From: Dimorphilus gyrociliatus
Lineage: Eukaryota > Animalia > Annelida
Assembly (NCBI GenBank): GCA_904063045.1
Contig: CAJFCJ010000015.1
Span: forward strand, 1,061,034-1,125,033
Direction: 5' to 3'
Length of the DNA stretch: 64,000 nucleotides
Under the pieces are notes generated by a model, which ran no database searches, was not told where the DNA came from, and saw nothing but the letters and a program-made list of their open reading frames with translations. Both the position numbers and the translations under genes were made by a program. This document shows positions 13,555 to 22,625 of this stretch, piece after piece. Every line of letters starts with the position of its first letter. The first letter of the stretch is position 1.

Positions 13555-14754
13555 ATGTCGCTGAGGTGGAAGAGAAAGAAGCAACTCGTCTATGATACGT
13601 ATAGGCTTTCTTCCTCAAGTTCGCTTACTTCCCTTAACTACAAGACAACATCGGCTTATTCGGATTTACTGCAAAGGGCTGTTTCAGATGATAACGTAGG
13701 TACATTAAATGGATTAATATGCTCTGGAGCGGATATAAATGCTGCCGACCAGTTTGGAGATACCCCTCTAAGTTTAGCAATAAAAAGGGGACAGTACGAA
13801 ATGGCTTCTTATTTGATAGCAAATGGGTCCCGTGTGGAGCATTTACCGGCCGATTCCGTTGTTAGCAGTCTCGTAGAATCTGGAAAGATTTCTCTGATAA
13901 AGTCCCTACTGGAGGCCGGATACGACGTTGATAGTAAAGATGGCCTTGGAAACACTCTCTTGCATTACGCGCTTGAAAAAGGTAACTTTCCCGAATTGAT
14001 TACAACCATCCTTGACCTCTCCAAACCGAATGTCAACGCTAAAAACCTAAAGGGTAGAACCCCTTTTTCGCTGGCTCTTTTCTACCCGGATTCCTCACCC
14101 CATAATACAATCGAAAGGATGCTAAGAATGAATGCAAAACCATTCGATCCAATTCAAATTCAACTTGGTTCTAGCTCCAGGAGGGTTTCATCGTTATACG
14201 CAGCATGTTCCGTAGGTAAGGGAAGAGGTGTGCAAAAACTATTAGAATATGGTTTACACCCGGATGGCTATTTTTCGGGGAAGAAGAGCCGTAATTCATC
14301 ATTTGATTTAAATCAAAATTTTTGTCAGGAATTTCGACCAGTTTGCATCGCTATTTACAATTCAGACTTATCATCTTTAAAACTATTATTAAAATATAAC
14401 GCGGAAACTCAATTTGGAATTGGTCACGCCTTTTGCGTCTCTAGTTCTAAAATATGCCATTCCGACGCTCTAACTTTATCAATACGTCTTCGACGATACG
14501 ACGAAGCAAAATTACTACTTCAAACTGGTTCACGACTAAATTGGGAAGAGCTTGATAGACGTCAAATAGTAAAAGAATTCGAATTATTAAAAGCCAATTG
14601 GTTCCTAAATTTTTTAGCTACTCCATTATCCCTAAAGCATATATGTAGAGTAGAAATTCGGCGTTTATTGAAAGTTCCATTAAAAGCTCGAGTTTGTTTG
14701 CTTAAATTACCAAGAGCTTTAAGAAATTATTTGTATATGGAAGATATTTTATAA
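13555..14754 (+). CDS. Ankyrin repeat and SOCS box protein (ASB family), intronless CDS
   Basis: Several ankyrin repeats (GDTPLSLA, GNTLLHYA, GRTPFSLA) and a C-terminal SOCS box (PLSLKHICRVEIRRLL...LKLPRALRNYL). Confidence 0.88.
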   Translation: MSLRWKRKKQLVYDTYRLSSSSSLTSLNYKTTSAYSDLLQRAVSDDNVGTLNGLICSGADINAADQFGDTPLSLAIKRGQYEMASYLIANGSRVEHLPADSVVSSLVESGKISLIKSLLEAGYDVDSKDGLGNTLLHYALEKGNFPELITTILDLSKPNVNAKNLKGRTPFSLALFYPDSSPHNTIERMLRMNAKPFDPIQIQLGSSSRRVSSLYAACSVGKGRGVQKLLEYGLHPDGYFSGKKSRNSSFDLNQNFCQEFRPVCIAIYNSDLSSLKLLLKYNAETQFGIGHAFCVSSSKICHSDALTLSIRLRRYDEAKLLLQTGSRLNWEELDRRQIVKEFELLKANWFLNFLATPLSLKHICRVEIRRLLKVPLKARVCLLKLPRALRNYLYMEDIL

Positions 14755-15882
14755 TCTACCCAGTTCATACATATAACAAGCTTGACTTTCTTCATCGAAC
14801 AGTACAAAGTATATCTCTTCTATTCCTGAATCTTCATTACTAGCGAAATATTCATTTATTGCTGCTAGTATAGTTTCTGCAGCCATTTGTTTAGGAATTC
14901 CGGCTTTTCCACTTCCTACAGATGGAAAAGCAATCGATTTAACTTCATTCTCTTCTGCAACTTTTAAACACGAAAATATGGTTGACTTTAACTGTTCTGA
15001 ACAATCATCACCAGATGCAGACCACGTTGGACCATGACAGTGAATTAAACGGATATTATCATCAAGGGGGCTTATAACTGCGTCTGTTAGAGTTAATTGA
15101 CCATGAGATTTTCTTAAATCAGACATGGTCCTTCGAAGAGTTGGTCCCCCTTTCTTACTAATAGCAGTACCAACTTGACCACCCATGTAGAGTTTGGCGT
15201 TAGTTGGATTTATTAAGGCGTCAGCCTTAACATCCAATATGTCACCGCTAACGACGCTTAATCGCTGACCTCCTCCTAATCTTTTCTCTCTAAGTATCGT
15301 TATATTGGCGTCCTGTTTTTTCTTATTTGAAGTTTGTTTCTTCAGTAGCGTTGTTGCTTTTTTCGAAAGAGATATACGAGGAGACGATGGAGAGGTGGTC
15401 GCTGGTAATGTTCCTGTCACCTTCCTCTTCAGAGGAACAGTAGATGTTCCAAATAATTGTTTGACTTTTACTGCCGAAGAAGGAGCAGCGGCCTTACCAT
15501 TCAAATTATGTACCTTTCGGCCATCATTAGGTTTTATTAAACTTGGGAGAATCTTCGGTAGAACACCTCCAGAGGAAATGGTAACATTCTTCAATAGTAA
15601 GTCAAGTTCAAAATCGTGTGCAATAGCTAAAAATAAATGTCTAGGAGTGATAATCTTTTTCTTCATTTCTTTACAACAATTCCCGGCTAATTCTAGAACT
15701 TCCGCGTTTAAGTATTCAATAACAGCTGCAGTGTAAACTGGCATTGAAGAAGATAGTCTGAATTTTTTACCATAATATTTTCTCATCTTCTTTTCTATCC
15801 TCCCAACGGAGAATAATAAACCAGCTCTTTGCGACTTGGTTCTCCGATTGGATACCTTCTTTTTCCCACCTTTTCCTCTCAT
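14749..15882 (-). CDS. MACROH2A: Core histone macroH2A, intronless CDS
   Basis: H2A fold (SQRAGLLFSVGR, AAVIEYLNAEVLELAGN, ITPRHL), a basic linker, and a macro domain (GDI..DALINPTN..MGGQVG, SIAFPSVGSG, IYFVLFD). Confidence 0.94.
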   Translation of the reverse strand: MRGKGGKKKVSNRRTKSQRAGLLFSVGRIEKKMRKYYGKKFRLSSSMPVYTAAVIEYLNAEVLELAGNCCKEMKKKIITPRHLFLAIAHDFELDLLLKNVTISSGGVLPKILPSLIKPNDGRKVHNLNGKAAAPSSAVKVKQLFGTSTVPLKRKVTGTLPATTSPSSPRISLSKKATTLLKKQTSNKKKQDANITILREKRLGGGQRLSVVSGDILDVKADALINPTNAKLYMGGQVGTAISKKGGPTLRRTMSDLRKSHGQLTLTDAVISPLDDNIRLIHCHGPTWSASGDDCSEQLKSTIFSCLKVAEENEVKSIAFPSVGSGKAGIPKQMAAETILAAINEYFASNEDSGIEEIYFVLFDEESQACYMYELGRL

Positions 15883-16139
15883 GTCTCATAAGATAACTCA
15901 ATTTAATCTGGCCAATATTATATTGCCTGTAAGATTACTATCTAGTGGTGTTGCTAAGGCCGATCAATAGCTGTGCTGTTAACAGAGAAGCTATAGGCCA
16001 AATACTCCTATATATAAATATACATAGTATATAAAACTAGACCTATTCATTATAAATATTGAAAGCAAAAAAGTTGTGAAAAGATTTATTTACGATTTGG
16101 ATTATTTATGAATAAAATAAGAAAAAGTTATGTTTATTT

Positions 16140-16916
16140 TTAATCAGAAAGTAAACAAGATGAGCGTCTTTTTTTCGGCCTACGGCGCTCTTCAACCTTA
16201 ACTAGACGCTTTTCGAAAGATGCATTCTCTAAGCAGGGTCTAATCGATCGTACTAGTTCCCCAACTTTCGCTTTCGATTTTGCATCGATGGCACCAACAA
16301 AGCCTGAAATCGTTCTCCAATCGGTCCAGAATAGCCAAAATTTTCCAATATCATCTTTAGCAGAGTCGGCTATTCTTGAAATCCAGAATTGCAGCCAAAA
16401 TAAATCTGAATTTGAGTACATAGAATTCCTTAGGCTACCTAATATTCTCCCAAAAACCACTTTATCACTCTCACTATTAAGGGAAGAGTAAATTCTTTCA
16501 GAAGTTATATAGAAATATTGATGAAATGTATAAAAGCGAAAGCGTCTTGTAAGACTATCATCAGACGATATTTGAATTTTAGCGTTAATATCAAGAATAA
16601 CTTTCAGCGTATCTTCTGTATCGATCAATTCAATTAATTTATGAAAATGAATTAAATATCCATCTTTTTCATAAAGAGTGAATAGAACCAAATTACAAGG
16701 CCATGACCAAGTGATTATGGCCCGGTAATCCCCGTATTCGACTGTGGTAGTGCATAAGGCTTCATCTTCTTCAATAGATCTTCTTAAGTTCTCCAACATC
16801 TTCGAATAACAGAAAGTAACGAATTTCCTACCAGGTTTTATAGAAAATCCCACAATAGATCGTTGCAAATTATCCGGTAAGCAACCAATTGTCGTTAAAT
16901 TTAGTTCACCGCTCAT
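16140..16916 (-). CDS. Uncharacterised protein of about 258 aa, possibly with a degenerate N-terminal F-box-like motif
   Basis: Long stop-free ORF in about 70% AT DNA. The likely start is MSGELNLTTIGCLPDNLQRSIV at 16916, because the upstream ORF extension runs through a (TA)n tract. No family recognised. Confidence 0.6.
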   Translation of the reverse strand: MSGELNLTTIGCLPDNLQRSIVGFSIKPGRKFVTFCYSKMLENLRRSIEEDEALCTTTVEYGDYRAIITWSWPCNLVLFTLYEKDGYLIHFHKLIELIDTEDTLKVILDINAKIQISSDDSLTRRFRFYTFHQYFYITSERIYSSLNSESDKVVFGRILGSLRNSMYSNSDLFWLQFWISRIADSAKDDIGKFWLFWTDWRTISGFVGAIDAKSKAKVGELVRSIRPCLENASFEKRLVKVEERRRPKKRRSSCLLSD

Positions 16917-16948
16917 CTTCTTCTTCCTAAATGAGTCTCTGCTTCTCC

Positions 16949-16951
<3 letters not shown>

Positions 16952-16982
<31 letters not shown>
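16952..16982. repeat. (TA)n microsatellite
   Basis: Directly visible TA run just upstream of the orphan ATG at 16916. Confidence 0.95.
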
Positions 16983-16985
<3 letters not shown>

Positions 16986-17947
16986 GTATAAACATACGCT
17001 AAAAAGATAGAATTTCCCAATAATCAATCAATATGGAATGGTACCGAATTCGATCGAAAAGAAACTTTCCATATATTCTCCCTATGGCTATGAACAGAAT
17101 ACGTGCTTCTTAAATGAAACTCGAAAAAAAAAGACTATTTTTTCTCCATCTCATGAATATTCAGAATCCATCTCTATAGCTATTAGAATATTAAAATTCT
17201 TTTTACATAGTTATCTTTCAATTTCTAAATTTCTATCCTTTGGCTCCTTCCCGGTTGTTTTGTTGTCTTTACATTGTATCCAATATTCAGAGAATTGTGT
17301 AAGATCTTAAGTCAAGCCTGTCAAACGTGACGTTATACTTTAAATTACATAACAGATAGGAATTAACACTTATTCAGTCATGTTTTTATTAGATGGAAAG
17401 TTTGAGTTGTTTTTTTTTAAATAGAATGTAGAATTGAAAGAGGAAGAAAGAGAGAGTGAGTGAGATAGGAAGAGGAAGAAGAGTACTCATTGCTTTTTTC
17501 TTTACCGACAACTTTGCACGTTTTTTACGTAATTATAAATTAACGGGCTATTGAAGGAAAACGCAAAAAAAACAAGTAAAAGCGTCACTCAATAACTAAC
17601 GAAATACGATCCGAAAGACTATCGATATTATAGTAATATATGGCAAAAGTATAAATTTTTAGGACAATTGTTTTCTGTAAAAAAAAAAAAAGAAAAGAAT
17701 TTAATTATATATTTGAATAAATTATGTAAATGTATACATATTTTGTATAATACAACATATAAAAAAGAACAACTATGACATAAAAAAAGAATTAACTGAC
17801 ATTTTCTAACCTTTTGCTGTAATTTCATATTATTTAATTTGTTTACATTTTTCATAGTTTGTTAACTAAATTAACATAGATAAAAAAAATATTAATTATG
17901 AACAAACTGGTGTTTTTTTATAGCATAATAGTAATAATATAACAAGT

Positions 17948-18432
17948 TTATAGGGATCTAGGAGAGTCCTTTTCAAGTTCTTCATTATTGTATGTTTCTT
18001 CGTATAAGTTCTAAAAAAGACATTTAAAATTATTAATATTAATAGCGAATGGAATTCTACTACCTCTGTATATCCATTTACTCTAGTTACCAGATAATGA
18101 GCCATTGTACTCAACCTCCTTGATTCAGATGCTAAGAAGGCTAAGGCTACATCAGCTCTAAAGGGATCCCATTGCATTAAATCTTTCTCCAATTTAAAGC
18201 GTAACCTGTAAGAGGCATTTAAATGCTTAACGAGACGTCGAAACGTAGTCATTGATAGGTTATTAGTGCTTCTCTCCAACTGTTCGATTAAGGAATAAAA
18301 TTCTGGCAGGTTATAGACGTAATTACGTTGAAATTCATTTTCGATTCTCCATCTGGTGGTCATTAACTGTAAGAGCGTCTCATCATCAAATCGTGCTTTG
18401 CAGTCTTCGCCAGTCTTCTGTGGTATATCCAT
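17948..18432 (-). CDS. Uncharacterised two-exon protein of about 145 aa
   Basis: The ORF from 18432 has a probable intron (..TE|gtagta...tttttag) that replaces a hydrophobic junk stretch with NLYEETYNNEELEKDSPRSL*. A GC box and CCAAT boxes lie upstream. Confidence 0.5.
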
Positions 18433-18520
18433 TTTCTTAACTAAAATCCAATAGTCAAATTATTATATGTCCACCTTAAGAGAGTTTACGTCCAAATGAC
18501 TCTGTGAAATGCCTTTTAAA

Positions 18521-18579
18521 GGCGGGGAGTAAAAGGTCTCACTAATTAGTGATTGGCTAGTCATCATCGATTAGCCAAT
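18521..18579. promoter_or_regulatory. GC box plus an inverted pair of CCAAT boxes
   Basis: GGCGGGG at 18521; ATTGGCTA (18552-18559) and TAGCCAAT (18572-18579) form an 8-bp inverted repeat. Confidence 0.4.
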
Positions 18580-19535
18580 AGCGTTCAGTTTCAATTATTT
18601 ATTTACTTGATTAATGCTCGCTTGATAGGTTTTACTCATTGTATTCAAATTCTTATTTATTAGAACAAAACCTCAACTCCTACACTTATATAAACATTCT
18701 ATTCAGAGTCTCATTCTGCTTCTCTTTTTATTGAATTTTAATTAATTAAATGACGAAATAAAAAGTAGTTTACCTAATTTTACAATCTTTTCTATCTATG
18801 CTTTTTATGTGAATTAAAAAACATTCTTAATGGAATCTTTTTAAGAAATTATAGGCTTTTATTATTAACTTTTTGTTTCGTTCTAGAGTAGATTCTAGAA
18901 TGCATATTGTTTATTATATTTATAAAAATTTTATTCAAACTCTTTTTATCTAGAAAACTTTTAATTATATTTTGCCTTGAAAAAGGATAAATTTTTAAAT
19001 ATTCTCAAAGTATTTCCATATTCCATAGTAATTCATAATTTAAAGAAAACATAGTCGGCCATATTGACAGTAATTTCACCTTTTATCGTTTTCCCCCCCA
19101 TAAATATCGTTATATCTTTGATATTACGAAATGAATTTCCAATGAATTTTTTAGAGAATAAATCAACTTTGCTGAAAACGGAAATAACCAAAAAAAAGTA
19201 GTTTCGTGTCATTTTATGACAAAGGTTTTATGGCTTGGCGTTTTTCGTCACATACTGTATATTCTGTTTTATATATGCATGCTTTCTCCTTTCCTCCTTA
19301 TTAGCTTAATGATTAACGCGTCCCGAGAAAACTTGCAGTTTGAAGAGGACTATTTATTGCTTTCTTTCAAGTAAAAGTCACGTAGATTAAAGTTGTAGAA
19401 TTAATAATTTGAAATGCTATTTTCAAAATTTCTTTAATGAGAATGTAATAATCAACATTTGTTCCCTTAATTTTTGGTTTTCTTTTTTTTTGTATCCTAC
19501 ATAACAAATAACAATTATCAAAATGTGAAAAAATC

Positions 19536-20033
19536 CTACATTAAGACTTCCGCAACAATTTTTAGCAATTCGAATAGTATTTCCAAAATTAAAGTTGGAA
19601 TTGAAGTAGACTCGGTAGTATTCTCGCCGGGTTTACTGGAATAGAATTCTGAATCAACATAAACGCTCATTGCAAATACGGATTCATCGGAGAAAGGATG
19701 TCCATAAACTCCTATATAAACCACCTTTTTTCTCTGATCATCAGCCACACCTACGACATCTAAACCACAGGTATCGGCCTTGTAGTCGTATTCTTCCCAT
19801 GTTGGTCTCTCAAAACGCTCTGATACATAGAGATCAGCATCACCTTTTAGCGATTTTAATTCTATCTTGCATATACCATGGCACTTTAAAGAGTAATATG
19901 TAAAATTTCCACCTCCTACCACTCCACGGATTGATTTCGATAGGTATTTCGCATTTTCCCAGTCAGTCCATATATTGCAAAAAGACGTTTTTAAAATTAT
20001 CAAAAATATGCTTAATTTATGTACAATGTTCAT
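19536..20033 (-). CDS. C6orf120: UPF0669 / C6orf120 homolog (predicted secreted)
   Basis: Signal peptide, then GGGNFTYY...LKSLKGDADLYVS..PTWEEYD....TCGLD.V...VYIGVYGHP. Confidence 0.88.
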   Translation of the reverse strand: MNIVHKLSIFLIILKTSFCNIWTDWENAKYLSKSIRGVVGGGNFTYYSLKCHGICKIELKSLKGDADLYVSERFERPTWEEYDYKADTCGLDVVGVADDQRKKVVYIGVYGHPFSDESVFAMSVYVDSEFYSSKPGENTTESTSIPTLILEILFELLKIVAEVLM

Positions 20034-20478
20034 CCTAAACCGAGAATTTCTAAATTAAACCATTTATTCTTTCCAGACTCAAATTTTCCTACCTCGAACT
20101 TTGTTGTCTGCTAGTGACAACTGACTGGTACAGTGCTCCAACCACGATCTAGTGTGTTTGGCTGTCCCTAGAGCGTTCACCAGTGCACAATCTAGTACTT
20201 GTTTATATTTATCAATTCTTTAATATAAGCCTATTTTAAATTGTTTCCTTTGAAGAAAGTCGCTATCTCAAAATCTCTAGCACATTTATATTTAGAATTA
20301 ATTTAGGAAAAACACAGCAAAACAAAAAAGAAATAATATTTAAGACGAAAGACGGTGAAAACGTACTGTCCGGTGAAGTTTCTACTGTCAGTCTTTTCAT
20401 TATTATTTAAAATATGAAGATAGACTCTTAAACTACTAGTTAAATTCTAATCGGAAGAATATGCCTAGATGTTCCTTT

Positions 20479-21012
20479 TTAATAGCGTCTAGATTTATTG
20501 CGAGAACGTCCGGAGTTGACGATCTTGTTTCTAAGATTAAGTGATTTTCTCGACCAATACTGAGTTTCTTTTTTTCTCTTTTTCTTTTGTTCTATAATAT
20601 CGACTTTAGATATTTGATGAACATCTTTCGATGTAGAAGTACGGAGTGATTTTGAGCATCCTTCTCTTATCGGTACCAAATGCAGTCTTTGAGGGGGCGT
20701 TTGACTACGTCGAGCAGGTGATGACAAACGTCCATAGACGCTCATGCTTGGATGCTCTATTAGTAAATTTTCTATTGGCGAGGTGGCTAATTGCAGCACC
20801 TCAGTTGAGTCCGCGTTGAAGCAAGCTGGGGGCGTCACCAGCCAACTTTCATCCATGGCAGCCATACTCGAATTCGAGGTATCAGTATCAGGATGATCAA
20901 CATCAACCAAGATCCATTCGCCATCCAATTCCTCCTCGTACAAGTCTAAGTTCTTGTTCACCTGTTCCTCGGTGTTATCGGTCCAAATAAGGTTCGTCAA
21001 CGCAGAGAACAT
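20479..21012 (-). CDS. TP53INP: TP53INP1/2 (DOR) family autophagy protein
   Basis: MFSALTNLIW start, LIR motif DGEWILV, and DOR domain MDESWLVTPPACF...TSPIENLLIEHPSMSVY. Confidence 0.9.
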   Translation of the reverse strand: MFSALTNLIWTDNTEEQVNKNLDLYEEELDGEWILVDVDHPDTDTSNSSMAAMDESWLVTPPACFNADSTEVLQLATSPIENLLIEHPSMSVYGRLSSPARRSQTPPQRLHLVPIREGCSKSLRTSTSKDVHQISKVDIIEQKKKRKKETQYWSRKSLNLRNKIVNSGRSRNKSRRY

Positions 21013-21989
21013 TTTTGCTATAAATAATCGAAAAAAAAAATTTTTTATCAAGAGCTTTTTACTATAAAGGTATATGCTGCCCAACAATCTGTACTATTTC
21101 AAGTGACAGGCCTATGCACAGATCGTTTTTACATAACAAGTTGAAATATTTCATAGTTACATAACTCGTTCTAACCGAATATTTTTTCTTACGTTATGTT
21201 TTCTCTTTTAACAAGTTAAACAAATACAATGAACTGCTAATTCCATTACGCTATTATTTAAGGTTTCGAATTGTTCTCTCGGTATTTAACAACGGCCCAG
21301 CTAAAAAAAGAAGGCGTTATAAAATGTACCAAACAACCTCGGTGACCCGAATCGGGTAAAAGATCAACCAGGTTCTTTACATAAACCCCCTCTTCTAATA
21401 TCGTAATATAATTTTATTTAGATTTCTAATACGAATTTATTGGGCATTCAGCGCATAAGTGAACACTAGTGAAAAACGCCCGAAAACCAGTTCATCAATA
21501 GAAGCTTCTGTTGTATATATAATTTTCTTTTCAAGTACTTAATACTAAAAGTGAGAACATGCATTAAAAACAATAAATAATAAAGCTACAAAGGCTCACG
21601 AAATTAGTGAAGGGAACGAATGGCTCATGAATGTCCCATTTCTCGTTTGATTATCGATTGATGAATTATAACGAACGTTCGAACAATAACATTCTCATAG
21701 CTGTTTCTAGTCAGCTTACTGTAGTATTGTTGTTGCATAAAGTTTTTTTATAATCCCTTACAGAAGGTGTGGAAAATGAATTTTTTTTGTTCTCATATTC
21801 ATTAACATTTTTTACTCCCTACATCTTATTACTGACGAACAAGTACCCTAGGAAAACAAGTGACTCACCTTATTCCTTTTTAATTTTAGTGATGATTTAA
21901 TTTATATTTTGGTTGTTGTTCTTTGAAAAACCAATGTATTTTATCGATAATGAGCTTAAATAGTTAGAACTGCACCAAACAGAACTGAA

Positions 21990-22135
21990 AAATATACCAG
22001 CTGATTTTTTGGTACGTCACGAGCTATTCTCAATGCTTATTGGTTGACCGCCCGAAAACACGCTTAATTAGAATATGCAGATTAATCATAATGTTTACAT
22101 CACGTGGTACTATGTGACCTTGACACGTGTTCTTA
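21990..22135. promoter_or_regulatory. Putative bidirectional promoter between TP53INP and C19orf12
   Basis: Cluster of a CRE-like TACGTCA (about 22014), an inverted CCAAT (about 22039), two CACGTG E-boxes (about 22101 and 22124) and TGACCTTGA (22115-22123) between divergent genes. Confidence 0.45.
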
Positions 22136-22214
22136 TACATCTAAGTGCTGGCAGAAGACATTAGCAACAATTGCATAAGATTTCTTTAAATTTGTTGAAA
22201 TTGAAAAATAGAAA

Positions 22215-22625
22215 ATGGTTATTAGAGTTGATGAAATTATGGAAATATTACAGACTGTAGCTAAAGAGCAAAATATGAAAGTAACTATAAAAGAGGGACT
22301 TAAAGGAGCTGTTTTAGCTGGAACTGGAGCTTTTGGGGGAGCAATGCTTGGAGGTCCGCCTGGCATTATTATCGGTAGTGCTTTAGGAGGTGCATTGGGA
22401 TACTTTATGTCTAAAAGTTTTAAACCAGTTTATGAAATAATCAACGATCTACCAGCAAATGAGAGGAAAATATTATACAATAGAACTATGAATATCCTAA
22501 CTAGTTTTGAAGTCAGAGATGTTGCAGGTGTTATTGCACTTGTTCAAGGAAATCCAGAATTACTCAAGCAGCTTGTACAAATGCTTGAACATTATTTGAC
22601 TCAAGATAAAGAATATAAAATATGA
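22215..22625 (+). CDS. C19orf12: C19orf12 / Nazo homolog (glycine-zipper membrane protein)
   Basis: IMEILQTVAKEQNMKVTIKEGLKGAVLAGTGAFGGAMLGGPPGIIIGSALGGALG..MSKSFKPV matches the family. Confidence 0.9.
   Translation: MVIRVDEIMEILQTVAKEQNMKVTIKEGLKGAVLAGTGAFGGAMLGGPPGIIIGSALGGALGYFMSKSFKPVYEIINDLPANERKILYNRTMNILTSFEVRDVAGVIALVQGNPELLKQLVQMLEHYLTQDKEYKI

Noticed and set aside
16917-17027. N-terminal extension of the 295-aa ORF
   Set aside because: It is a translated (TA)n microsatellite (YIYIYI); the downstream ATG at 16916 is more credible.
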